A stretch of 64,000 nucleotides of DNA, taken from contig OX597819.1 in NCBI GenBank assembly GCA_951406725.2, positions 68,138,001 through 68,202,000 on the forward strand, in the 5' to 3' direction. Numbering within the stretch: the first letter of the stretch is position 1; the number at the start of each line of letters is the position of its first letter. Positions 28,251 through 41,727 of this stretch are shown here, piece by piece. Under the pieces are notes generated by a model. It searched no databases, had not been told where the DNA came from, and saw nothing but the letters and a program-made list of their open reading frames with translations. Source of the DNA: Octopus vulgaris (lineage: Eukaryota). A program made the position numbers and the translations under genes.

Positions 28251-28288
<38 letters not shown>

Positions 28289-28289
<1 letters not shown>

Positions 28290-28686
28290 TAGCAGTATCG
28301 CCCGGCGTTGCTCGGGTTTGTAAGGGAAATAACTATATAAGCATTTTTAGAGATGTAAAGTATAATGGCCATCTCAAAATGGGTAACCACAAAGGGGGGG
28401 GAGTTGTTACTGTAGCTTTTTACGTTCTGAGATTTAATAAATTTTTAGAGAGTTACTTCCCTTATATATGCCAAAAATGCATTAAAAATGGGAAAAATTG
28501 ATGGTAAATTTTTTTTTTAAATCGTAGACTCATCGCAGACGCGCGCTAATACCCAGAAGGGCTCGATATGAATCCGGACTATAAGATACCCGGTTTTGGT
28601 TAAACTGCACCGCAAAATGTGGGAGTAGTTAGGAATCTAAATCGTAGGAGACAGACAGCACACAACCTCACTTTTATATATAAAGA
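28289..28686 (-). mobile_element. Non-autonomous Helitron, copy 3
   Basis: Same termini as copy 1. Confidence 0.85.
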
Positions 28687-28692
28687 TACATA

Positions 28693-29000
28693 GGCGCAGG
28701 AGTGGCTGTGTGGTATGTGGCTTGCTTACCAACCACATGGTTACGGGTTCAGTCTCGCTGCGTGGCACCTTGGGCAAGTGTGTCTTCTACTATAGCCTCG
28801 GGCCGACAAAAGCTTTGTGTGTCTGTGTTTATCCCCGCAACATCGTTTGACAACTGATGGTGGTGCGTTTACGTTCCCGTAACTTAGCAGTTCGGTAAAA
28901 GAGACCGATAGAATAAGTACTAGGCTTACAAAGAATAAGTCCTGGAGACGATTTTCTCGACTAAAGGTGATGCTCAGTATGACTAAAACAAGTAAAAAAG
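28693..29000 (+). mobile_element. SINE family B, internally deleted
   Basis: GGCGCAGGAGTGGCTGTGTGG head and AAACAAGTAAAA tail. Confidence 0.85.
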
Positions 29001-29023
29001 TATATATATACATATATATATAC

Positions 29024-29093
<70 letters not shown>

Positions 29094-29822
29094 GCTTGCT
29101 CAAGAAGATACTATACATGAAATATGGATATATATCAGCGGCGACTCTAGGTCGTCAGCGTCACTCTGGCTCACAGATTTCGTCAATTTGCGCTCATCGT
29201 AGATTTTGCATAAGATACATACGTGCTCGAAGAATTTCACGTTTTTCCGCTTTATTTCTAATCCAAATGGCTTTTTTTTTATCTCTAGCATTATGTATTT
29301 TCCTGTTTCTAAGTTAAGGGTAAGAATGAAGCAACCCTGCATAGCACATCTTTACACACAGACGCACAGAACAACAGCAATCAAATAACGACAGCGGAGT
29401 ACACAAGAGCCACCAACGCGCTGGCTGTCATTTGTACGCTTGACAAGAGATACCAGTTAGTCTTTTACACCTACCAACCTTATTCTTATTAGCCTGGATA
29501 ATTTTTCGGTCCTTTAAGAATATTTTAGAACAGAAACTCTTCATAGATTGGAATTTAAATCCTAATCTCTATTGAAAGATATTGTTTCAAGAAAATATTG
29601 AATTTGAATTACTTTTAATTTTTACGATTATAAATAACAACTCGGGCTGTAACTTCTGAGCCCGAGTCAGGCGCGCGTGAACGATGTCAAGAGAGCGTCC
29701 ACTACGAATGATATATATATATATTCTTGTTAGCATATCATCTCCTATATATTTATTACTTTCTCATTTATTATATTTCAAATATTTTATATTTCGATAT
29801 ATATTTGAATATCATTATTATA

Positions 29823-31254
29823 GGAAGCAGAGCAGATGCTAAAAATTATAGGCCTATCTCTCTGACCTCACACATCAGCAAAGTCATGGAACGAAGAAAC
29901 TAATCATGTTCCTTGAAGAAAATGACTTGCTGACTGACACTCAGCATGGATTTAACCAGGTAGAAGCTACCTAACACAGCTCCTGCAACACTATGACTGG
30001 GTATTAAAATAGCTACTAAATGGCTCAAATGTGGATGTGATATATCTCGACTTTGCATAGGGCTTTGATAAACTGCGTGATCTCGGCATAGGCGGAAAAC
30101 TTGGAGAGTGGCTGCACAACTTCCTAAAAGATAGAAGGCAGGCAGTTGTGACCAATAGAGCCACCTCCAAAGAAACACAAATAACAAGCGCTGTACCACA
30201 AGGCACTGTCTTGGGGCCACTGCTGTTCATAGTGGCCCTTTCAGACATGCCCTCAGTTGCTAAGATGGCCACCCTTGCTAGCTATGCAGATGACACAAAA
30301 GTTTCCCCACACAATACAAAACCCTGGAAATATTGCACATCTGCAACAGGAGTTGGATACAATATACAGGTGGGCTGAGGACAACAACATGCAGTTTAAC
30401 GCAGGTAAGTTCCAGGTCCTGCGCTACCGGCACACAAATGTAAACGACATGCAGACTGGATACACTGGCCCGGGAAGAATTGCAATCCATGAGTCAAAAT
30501 CAGTGCGTGACCTGGGCATTGACATGAGCAATGATGCATCTTTCCAAGTACATATTACTAATCTGGTGATAAAATGCAGACGGCTAGCTGGATGGATTCT
30601 CCGAACTTTCAGAACAAGAGAGAAGGAGACACTGATGGTCCTATGGAAAACGTTCGTCCTCAGCCGCTTGGACTACTGCTCCCAACTATGGTCACCACAC
30701 AATATAAAACTAACAGCAGAACTCGAAGCAATTCAAAGAAGCTACAAAAAGAAGATCGTTTCAATGCAACATATCAGCTACTGGGAAAGACTGAAAGTAT
30801 TAAATCTCTTCTCCCTAGAGCGAAGGCGGGAGAGATATGCGGTGATATACATCTGGAAAATCCTGGAAGGTCTTGTCCCAAACTTTGGCATTCAAAGTTA
30901 CCTCAACCACAGAACGGGGCGCCACTGCATGGTGCCAAAGATACCAACATCACCATCAAAATACAGGACCAGATACTGCAACAGTTTGGGTTTCAGAGGA
31001 CCACAGCTCTTTAACATCCTCCCTAAATACCTGAGAGACTTGCATGGTGTGGATGTGGGTTTCTTTAAAACTAAATTGGATCTCTTCTTGTCGGGAGTCC
31101 CAGATGAACCTACCTCACGACAGGAGACACAGTTGACCAAGTGCCACGTATCAGAGGTGGATTCACATGTTAGTGTAGCTCATTCAACGGTGGTGCCCCA
31201 GCATGGCCGTGGCCTTCGGGCTAAAATATTTTTAAGGATTTAAGGATTTAAGGA
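29823..31254 (+). mobile_element. 5'-truncated CR1/L2-group LINE (degenerate RT with 3' end)
   Basis: NYRPISLTS, QHGF, DVIYLDFA, VPQGTVLGPLLF, YADDTK, RDLG, LDYCSQLWSP, SLERRRERY; stops and frameshifts; (TTTAAGGA)n tail. Confidence 0.9.
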
Positions 31255-31715
31255 TATGAATATATTTTTCATATTCTCTTTTTATTTACATTTTCTTTAT
31301 ATTTATAGCGTTGGAAATTATATTTGCAAATGCACCCCTTTTATTAAAAAAACATTCTCCTTATAATATAAATTTTGTAATTTTTTGTACATAATCCCTT
31401 TTTAAAAACTGCTCTATCATTTCTTACTTTCTTATAAAAAATGTTTCAACAAAATATTATCCCACCCCCAAATTTGTTCCATCCGATTTTACACTATTCG
31501 ATCGTCGCATCTCGAGATTTGCAGGCTGGATAGTCAGCCTAATGGTATCTTCCACATAATCCGTTCCAATAATTGTTTCTTTCGCCTCGTTTTTAAATTC
31601 AGTCCAGTATCTAAACAGCTTAAGACTGCTGGTATGGCTGCCTCTTGAAAAACGTACCTGGGTCCCATAGTAGCGTGGGCCATACATATATATGTATAAG
31701 TGTATATACATACAA

Positions 31716-31761
<46 letters not shown>

Positions 31762-31914
31762 TGCCCGAAATAGTCATGACTTTTGATACTTGACTGAAGA
31801 AAGAAAGCCAAGAATGAGCCGTCTATTTTTGCCTGTCCTTCTAATTGTTGTTTCTCTTGTCCGCGTTTGTATCGTGTATCTGTCCGAATGTTTTAATGCG
31901 CTCTATTGCGTTTT

Positions 31915-32009
<95 letters not shown>

Positions 32010-32132
32010 TCACACATACAAACAAATATTGATTTCTGTTCATACATTTTCAACTGCAAGTGTATTTTTCTTTAATTCTGACCTACTAATGTCATACGCA
32101 TACCTACTTATATTCACTTTGATGTATGCAAC

Positions 32133-32202
<70 letters not shown>

Positions 32203-32367
32203 GCCCACACATACACACACACACTCCTAAATACATACGCAGTTGAATTATCGTAAATTATTTCTCAACGCTTCATTCTGGCGCTAATAACTTTTATTTA
32301 TATTTATATTGTGTCAGCTTGATAATTTGATAATAAAAACAATAACAACAATATTAATAATAATAGC

Positions 32368-32405
<38 letters not shown>

Positions 32406-33179
32406 CAACAACAACAATAATAATAATGATAGTGATAATAATAATAATATCATTAATGTAATTATTTAATAACTTTAAATTTCACCTTAATTGAAGCTGA
32501 CTTGTTTGTGACAAAACACAAACATTGCCATATGTTTTCCAAATGGAAATTATGTGATGAAAAATTATCTTCTTTCTGTCTGTCTGGAATAAATAACGCA
32601 GATTCTAAAATTATGCGTCTAAAGTAAAGCAAAATTGTGCTGAATGTTATATATATTTCCTGAGTTCAAATTTTAACCCTTCTGTTGACAAAGTTTTGTG
32701 AAAACACATGAAATTGGGAAAATGTTTGATCCTGCAAATACAAAAATGAAACCCGTAGAAAGTAGTTCAGCCGGGAGTTGTAGTATGGGGCTATACGATG
32801 TCACAGGACATCGCCGCATCCACTAGTTTTTTGTGACCCCATACTCCTGACAGATGGCACCTTTTCAAAACTCAGGCGACAACTTTCCAATCTATGTGTT
32901 TGTTAAGGTAGTCGTTGCTAGTGAGGATTTTAAAAGGTTGGATCAGAGGGCAAATCCTACCTCACCCTATTTTAGTCACTTTTTGCGGCACGTAAAAGAG
33001 ATGCCGTTTCTTACACAGCACTAAAACAGCGCGAAATAAAGCGTTCTGTTCAAGAAAGCAGCGCGTCCGCCCGGCCTGAGAATCGAACCCATAATCTGGT
33101 GATCGCGAATAGAGCACCCTAACCACTAGGCCACACGTCGTCTGTCGAGAGCGCACCAGCTTTTAAAGATAATCCAATA

Positions 33180-33570
33180 GGCTCAGGAGTGGATGTGTAG
33201 GAAGAAGCTTGCTTTGAAACCACGTTTGCCGGTTCAGTCCCACTGCGTGGCATCTTAGGCGAGTGTCTTCTACTATAGCCACGGCCTGACCAAAGCCTTT
33301 CCAATGTATTTGGGAGACGGAAACTGAAAGAAGCCCAATATATACATTTGTGTGTGTGTGTGTGTGTGTGTGTGTCTATGTTTGTCGCTCCATCATCGCT
33401 TGACAACCGATGCTGGTGCATTTATTCCCCTTAACTTAGCGGTTCGCCAAAAAAGAGTGATAGAATAAGTACTAGGCTTACAAAGAATAAGTCCGCGGGT
33501 CGATTTGTTCAACTAAAGGTGGTGCTCCAGCATGGCCGCAGTCAAATGACTGAAACAAGGAAAAGAAAAA
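33180..33570 (+). mobile_element. SINE family B
   Basis: Homology to 56200-56610. Confidence 0.85.
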
Positions 33571-33656
33571 AGAAAATAAAAACACGCTTATTGCATACCT
33601 GTGGGTTTTTTTTTACATTCTAAGATTGACAAATTTGTTTTCAGTTTCTATTCGCA

Positions 33657-33685
33657 GATAGATGGATGGATGGACGGATGGACGG

Positions 33686-33745
<60 letters not shown>

Positions 33746-34330
33746 ATGGATGGATGGATGGATGGATGGATGGATGGACGGATGGACAGACGAATGGATG
33801 GATGGATGGATGGATGGATGGATGGATGGATGGATGGATGGATGGACGAACGGACGAACGGACGGCTAGACGGACGGACGGACGAATGGATGGATGGATG
33901 GATGGATGGATGGATGGATGGATGGATGGATGGACGGACCAACGGACGGACGTATGGATGGATGGATGGACGGACGGAATGACGAACGAATGGACGGACA
34001 AATGGATGGATGGATGGATGGATGACGGACGGATGGATGGACGGACGAATTGATGGATGGAGGGCTGGATAGATGGACGGACAGATGGATGGATGGGTGT
34101 ATTAATGGTTGGATTATGGCTGGCTGAGGATGGACGGATGGTTGGATGGATGGACGGATGGATGGATAAATGGGTAGATGGATTGATGAGTGGATGGCTG
34201 GTTGAATGGATGGATGGATGGTTGAATGGGTGGATGAATTGATGGATAAACGAATGGATGGACGGGTGGATGCATGGATGGATGGATGGGTGGATGGATG
34301 GATGGGTGTGTGGGTGGGTGATGGACGGAT
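33657..34330. repeat. (GGAT)n/(GGAC)n microsatellite
   Basis: Direct reading. Confidence 0.95.
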
Positions 34331-34416
34331 CGATCTCCGTCACTGATGAGGTTTCAGTAATTAGATCAGCTGAATTACCCGCTTATTGAGTTTACGTAAA
34401 TAGTGGTAGAAAATTA

Positions 34417-34469
<53 letters not shown>

Positions 34470-34589
34470 TCACATTCACACACACAGACGCATATACACG
34501 TACGCACCCGCGCAGACACACACGAACACGCACACACTCACACACGTGTACTTTTAGTGTTGCGAGATTCACAGAAAGGATCAGCATGA

Positions 34590-34953
34590 CAGGCATGGCT
34601 GTGTGGTAAGCTTTCTTCCCAACCACATGGTTCCTGGTTCAGTCCCACTGCGTGGCACCTAAGACAAATTATTTCTACTATAGCCTCGGGTCGACCAAAG
34701 CCTCGTGAGTGGGTTTGGTGAAGGGAAGCTGAAAGAAGCAAGTCTTATATCTGTGCGCACGCGCATGTGTTTGTTGTCTCTGTGCCTATGATTATATCCC
34801 AGTGGCTGGAGCACCGCCTTTAGTTGAACAAATCGACCCGCGGACTTATTCTTTGTAAGCCTAGTACTTATTCTATCGCTCTTTTTTGCCGAACCGCTAT
34901 TTAAGAGGAATAAATGCACCAGCATTGGTTGTCAAGCGATGATGGAGCGACAA

Positions 34954-34990
<37 letters not shown>

Positions 34991-35205
34991 ACCAGTGATG
35001 GTGTGTCTATTTCCCCGTAAGCTAGCGGTTCGATAAAAGCGGTCCAATTGAATAAAAACCAGGCTACCAAATCCACTCATAAGGCTTTGGTCGGCCTGAG
35101 TCTATAGCAGAAGACAGATGCCCAAGATGCCACGCCGTGGGACTGAACCCGGGACCATGTAGTTGGGTTGGTAAGCAATCTACTTACCACACAGCCACTC
35201 TTGTG
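34590..35205. mobile_element. Nested or inverted SINE family B fragments
   Basis: Head on + at 34590-34745; tail and head on - at 34805-35205. Confidence 0.75.
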
Positions 35206-35272
<67 letters not shown>

Positions 35273-36119
35273 CAAAAAAGGGAACAAGACCGTAATAGGC
35301 GACAACAAAACATTCGGGGAGTTAGACGATACAAAAAAAGGACAGGAAAAAACAAGGACGCGTCATTCGGAGATTCCTATCCTCAGTCGAGTTCCAAATC
35401 GTCTTTGCATTTACGGTCGGTTGTACTCGAGACTGCTCCAATCTGACCGATCCCAAGAAAATCTAAGCTAAGAGGACTAGACTCCTTGGAAGAAAGGAAG
35501 CGAAACTATACGAAAATAAAAACGGAGAAATGGTTCACAATTAGAAATACAAACCACAGGACATTATGAAAAGATGTCTTTCGACTAAGGACAAATTAAA
35601 TTAAGCTGTCGTGTGTGGAAGTGAAGCCTTACTGCAGGAATTTAAGAGATGAAAGTCATGGGAAGGAATATAAGAGGTCCCGTGGATGTGGACTGCCTCG
35701 ATCTACTCTCGAACTCGGAACGGACGAAACGGGTTGCTCCTCTCCCGGTCGGAGGAGGCCGTATATCGCAGCCATTGCGATGCGGCGAATGCACATGGTT
35801 GTGTCTGGGGAGAGTCATTCTCTTTTAGTGCCTTATTATTTAATACACGCACCGGCAAAGTTTCCACTCATTTATTTATTTTTCCTTACAACCTTTTCGA
35901 TAGTCAAGACTTTTGAAAAGTTTTCAAGATGCAATGAAAATTTTGGGAAAAATAAACAAGTAAATGAGGGGAAACTTTACCGGTGATCGTGTTAAATAAT
36001 AAGGCTCTAAAAGAGACTGACTCTACCCAGACACAACAATATGTGCTTCAACACATAAAGTCACATAAAGAAACTTGCAAACCAAATCCCCAAACGAAAT
36101 ATATATATGTATGTATATG

Positions 36120-36189
<70 letters not shown>

Positions 36190-36193
<4 letters not shown>

Positions 36194-36998
36194 TACGTAC
36201 ATATATGTTTGTATGTATGCATATATTTTATTTATTACACTATTGTAAGACTGAGCGCCTTCGCGTCGATTCGATTCGATTCGTTTGGTTTCATTTCGTT
36301 TCTTCTTCTTCTCTAAGCTGGTTTTTATATATAATTATGACACGAAACTCCATAACTCCTTCTTCTCTCATTCTTTCACCCTCTTTTGCTTTCTTCCTCT
36401 CTATCTCTCTCTCTCACTCCTCCTCATCTCTCTTACAGCCGGGTCTACGAATTTCCTTTCGCCGGCGGCCTTATTCAAGTAAACATGTTTCTTTCTGCGC
36501 TCGTGAAAAAAATGTTTTCCTCGTCTAGGCTTATAGGCCCTCTTTATTTGTTTTCCTGTCCTGTTTCTATTCCTTTTTGTACTGTATTTCTTGTAATTGT
36601 ATTTTTATTTTGTATTTGTTTTTAATTGTATTGTTTTTACATCCTGTTTTTGTCACATTTTTTTTCCTTGTTTTTACCCCTCTGCAAAGGAATTTTATTT
36701 AATTCTTTCGCAGGAAGGACTAGTTCGATGAGACGTGTTCTGTCCTCACCTTCGAAACACGCTGGAGTTGAACTAGGGACGGCTGATGAAGGGGATTTTT
36801 CCTTGTGTAGTTGTCTTGATCTCTGTTTTTTCGTTGTTAAAGGAATGTTCCATGCTGTTTTTACGTTTTCGTTTCTCGTTGAGTTCTACGTCCTGTACAA
36901 ACGTATATATATTTATATATGCATGTATATATACATGTAGATGTAGGTACGTACATATATGTTTGTATGTATGCATATATTTTATTTATTACACTATT
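36190..36998. repeat. 754-bp unit bounded by an exact 55-bp direct repeat, in TA-rich context
   Basis: TAGGTACGTACATATATGTTTG...ACACTATT at 36190-36244 and 36944-36998. Confidence 0.8.
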
Positions 36999-37594
36999 AT
37001 ATATATATATATAACTCATTTTCTTTACTATATACTGAACCTTACAAAGGTCCTGACAATTAATTTGTCGTATTTACATACCGAATTTTACCGGTAAATA
37101 ATTGTTGGTTACATGAAAAACCACAGGAAAATTATTTACCATTTTTATTGCATTACCATGTGGATTCCTCATTCCATTACGATTACCCAGAAGGCGCGCA
37201 TGGCAGAATTTTGGAGGGAAAATTTACGTTCCCAGTCGTTACTTGGTTTTAACATCTGCGCACTTCCCCCACTATCTGATGTCGCTGGGTCAGAAGTGAG
37301 GGCTGGTGGCATTTGATAAAGCTATCGAATATAGCGCTGATGACGGAATTCAAACTCCCTTTTTTTATATGTTTGTGATCCAGAAACACGGTGTTCGCTA
37401 TTAACGGCCTCCGTATATTTGTCACTCCGATTTTGTGTATGTGAGCCGCAAGGGCCTTCGTTTTTGGAATCTCCACTTATAGAAATGGAAAAAACGGTCT
37501 TTGACTGCCATTTCTAATTCCTTCGGTATGAGGCGAAACAGCTTGCTGCTAGCCAACTCATTTTCTTTACTATATATATATATATATATATATG

Positions 37595-37810
37595 TTAATA
37601 AAAAGAATTCCAACCTTGTCTGATTTTCACGTTTTATTTACAATCTTATAATGATATATTATAAGATAATATATTATAATTGAATAAAATAAAATGAAAT
37701 AGTAGAATGTTAAATATTCATTCTGATTGAACTAGTACTTTCATGCATTGAATTCTGCAATCTTCGGGTTCATGTAGTAGTGTTGACAGTCATGCTTCAC
37801 AATTTTTGTG
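37595..37810 (-). mobile_element. Solo pLTR of the Penelope-like element at 57.5-58.6 kb, including a hammerhead at 37728-37772
   Basis: Nearly identical to 57466-57680; abuts (TA)n. Confidence 0.85.
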
Positions 37811-37930
37811 AAATAGAAAGATGAATAATCTTGTTGCAGATTAATCAAAAGTTTAACCGATACCTTGGTAGCAAAAATCACAGCAGAAAACGATTTCTGT
37901 TCAATCTTCGTTCAACTTCATTTCTTCAAT

Positions 37931-38006
<76 letters not shown>

Positions 38007-38289
38007 TGTATGTATGTATGTATGTATGTATGTATGTATGTATGTATGTACGACAGGTTCCACACATTTTCTGTCGACTAAGTTTATTCAAAGTCATTTG
38101 GAACAGTACTAGAAGGCACTAGCCCAAAGTGCCGCGCAGATGGGCAGAACTCGAACTTTTGTTGTTACATATTGAATACATACATATATACATACATACA
38201 TACATACATACATACATACATACATACATACATACAAACATGCATACATACATGCATACATACATACGAATCTCGATTGAGTTAGATAA

Positions 38290-39235
38290 ATAGATATGTT
38301 TCTTTGTTGGCCACACAGGGTTGAACAAAATACAAAGTAGAGCTTATCTTTTGGGGAAGAAGAAGTGAACAAAAGAGAAAACTGTAGGTTGAATTCCGAT
38401 CAAACGGGATCGTGGAAAAAAAGGGGGATGACCGATCAATAGGGATCGTGTATCACAGAAATGTCAATGTAAAAACGGAAAACAGATTAGGTTTATCCGT
38501 GGAAAGAAAAGCCTACGGAAAAGACCATGGGCAATAGCATCATGCAAAAAAAAAACAACATATTACAGTAAGTGGCTCTCTTTTTTCCTTTCTTTTTCTT
38601 CGGTTCATAGGATTATGCTCAAGCTGGCTCCGTCATCCCCACGTACCATCCTTGCTACATTCACCCATCTTCTTTTGAAACATTCACTAGATAAAACTTC
38701 CCTCTTTACTCTCACCTTCCTCTTCAAGTGATACTTGAAGAAGTTGATGAGAAATTGACCAGAGCGGAAAGTATTTGTCTCTAGACCTTTCAGACGCGTC
38801 CACCATACACATTCTTTCGCCATAGCCACAAGTACGATGAAAATGGCTCTTCCTTCCCGTTTCAAGGAAGGAGGCGCGTCAATATTCACGATAGACTCGG
38901 TTGATAAACCGACTCGTCCCACACTCGATAGCAGTAGTTTGACATAGGCCCACAGGTCGGAAATGGTTGGACACTGTACGAGTGCATGCAGGACGGTTTC
39001 GTCGCTCTGACCGCGTCTCGGACAGGTCGGCCCCGTGTTTCTCGAGCCATGCCTGTAGAGATTATTCCGAACGGGAAGCGCTTCTGGATAGTACTACTAG
39101 GCCAGGGATCTCTGAAAGTTGTCCATAGGTTCCGGCCCGAAAGTCGTCTTGAACAGGCTGGTCAGGTATTCCTCGTCGACGCCCAGGTTCGCCTCGGGAT
39201 CATCGTCGTACCTCCCCTCCACTAATCCCCTATAG
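38290..39235 (-). mobile_element. Tx1/L1-group LINE 3' fragment (C-terminal CCHC region + 3'UTR)
   Basis: C..CGQSDETVLHALVQC-type knuckle, then LWAYVKLLL...AMAKECVWWTRLKG...FKRRW (ORF 38605-38922); ends AAAGAAACATATCTA; GATA-type repeats on both sides. Confidence 0.75.
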
Positions 39236-39368
39236 AAAGATAGATCGATAAGGGGCTAAACACAGAGGGGACAAACAAGGACAGACAAACGAATTAAGTC
39301 GATTATATCGACCCCAATACGCAACTGGTACTTAATTTATCGACCCCGAGAGGATGAAATGCTAAGTC

Positions 39369-39399
<31 letters not shown>

Positions 39400-39530
39400 C
39401 TGGCAGACGCACACATACATCCATCTACCAAATTCACACTAAATCCAGTCGGTTGAGTAGGGGACTTCGTAAGTACGTCACGTCTGGAACGCCTTTAGTA
39501 TTAAATTATACTCAGAGCGTAGCGTCATCG

Positions 39531-39597
<67 letters not shown>

Positions 39598-39904
39598 CAT
39601 CATCATCATCATTTTCATCATCATTACCGTCATCATTAGTTATCAGCGGCAACATCATTATTTATCAACACGAATATTTACGTTATCGCTGGACTTGCTA
39701 GAAATAACAAACGAATCTCCTCTCAAATCACGTTGCGATGTCTTGATTGAATAAATATTTAACTAATGGATAATGGTAGTCGAGGTTATAATTATCTTAA
39801 AACAAAAACATAAAAAAAAAGAGAAAAGTCGGGACGATTAGAAATAAAACATTTCAATACACGATCAGAGACTGTGACGAGGGTTTCTATTTACCTGTAG
39901 AAAA

Positions 39905-39932
39905 GTAGTAGTAGTAGTGGTAGTAGTAAGCT

Positions 39933-39995
<63 letters not shown>

Positions 39996-40257
39996 ATGGT
40001 AGTAGTAGTGGTAGTAGTGAAAGTAGTAGTAGTAGTAGTAGTAGTAACAACAGCAGCAGTAGTAGTAATTGTAGTAGTAGTAGTAGTAACAGCAGCAGCA
40101 GCAGTAGTAGTAATGGTAGTAGTATTAGTAGTAATAGTAGTAGTAGTAACAGCAGCAGCAGTAGTAGTAATGGTAGTAGTAGTAGTGCTGGTAGTAGTAA
40201 TAGTAGTGGTAGTAGTAGTAGAAGAAGCAGTGCAGCAGCAACAGTAGTGGTAGTACC

Positions 40258-40297
<40 letters not shown>

Positions 40298-40500
40298 CTG
40301 GTGGTGGTGGTGGTGGTGGTGGTAGTAGTAGTAGTAGTGCTGGTGGTGGTGGTGGTGGTGGTAGTAGTAGTAGTAGTGGTGGTGGTGGTGGTGGTGGTAG
40401 TAGTAGTAGTAGTAGTTGTAGTAGTAGTGGTAGTAGTAGTAGTTGTAGTAGTAGTAGTAGTAGTAGTAGAAGTAGAAGCAGTGCAGCAGCAGCAGTAGTT

Positions 40501-40531
<31 letters not shown>

Positions 40532-40549
40532 GAGGTGGTGGTGGTAGTG

Positions 40550-40590
<41 letters not shown>

Positions 40591-40740
40591 GGTGGTAGTA
40601 GTAGTAGTAGTAGTAGTAATAGTAGTAGTTGTAGTAGTAGTGGTAGTAGAAGTAGAAGCAGTGCAGCAGCAGCAGTAGTTGTAGTAGTAGTAGTAGAAGT
40701 AGTAGTGGTGGTGGTGGTGGTAGTGGTAGTAGTTGTAGTC
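39905..40740. repeat. Compound (TAG)/(TGG)/(CAG) trinucleotide satellite
   Basis: Direct reading; recurring AGAAGCAGTGCAGCAGC sub-unit. Confidence 0.95.
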
Positions 40741-41231
40741 AACGCTGTGGAAGAAGTAGAACTTCTCATAGTTGTTTAGCCAGATGTTTGTCGAGTACAT
40801 ATACTCTCAAATACATTCCAGCCGTGGCCATTACACCTTATTCCGATTTGGTAAGTAACCCAGCACCAGCACCACATGATTTACCCGACGTGTCCAATTT
40901 TAAGCCGGTAGTGCGATACGAGAAAGATTTGGCTGTTATTTCTAGCTATTTGAGTGACCACGTAAGAGGTACCACCTCGCCGCGTACAACTAGTAATAGT
41001 AGCAATATCACATGCATGTTTCTCTCTCCCTTTCCTTTTCGTATATGTAAACATTACGGTTGATACTTGTCTGTGTATGTGTATGTGTGTTTTGTGTGTG
41101 TGTGTTTGTGTGCGTGTGTGTATTTGTATTTGAACGTGTATGAATGACTGCGTGTATTGTCATATATGCGTCTGCGCTACTGTATAGTGTGTGTGTATGT
41201 ATCTGTGTGTGTGTGCTACTGTATTAGTGTG

Positions 41232-41280
<49 letters not shown>

Positions 41281-41727
41281 CTGCTGGCATGGCCTTCTCT
41301 CCTGTTAAGCTGGCTGACTGCTACAAGCGCACACATTACCGTATACACATTTACAATATATACACAAACCCACCTACATTAAGCGTAACACATACACACA
41401 CACATATCAAGGCTCCAAATATAGACAATTTGGCGGGAAAGCCTACAGCCTTGACCTTATTACGCTTACGTACAATAATAAAAGATTTTATAACATGTAA
41501 TATATTTTATCGTATTAATTTACTAAAATACTTCAAATTACTGCTTGTTTCTATAACATAAACTATTGCATATGTAAAAGTAAAGCGAACAACGTCAAAA
41601 TAATTTTATAACGTTTCATATATAATTTAATATAACACAAAAACTTCAAAACATAATCATCCATTGTGTTCAAGACTTACATTATATCTACTTGCCTTCG
41701 TCTCTTTATTGTAATCGCATATCTTTG

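Noticed and set aside
32673-32940. TTAACCCTT-started, possible piggyBac-type MITE
   Set aside because: Right TIR and TTAA are too degenerate to support
33601-34343. DGWM/HPSI repeat ORFs
   Set aside because: (GGAT)n translation
39865-40800. Poly-T/S/V/L mucin-like ORFs
   Set aside because: Trinucleotide satellite, open on both strands, with no supporting splice or domain evidence
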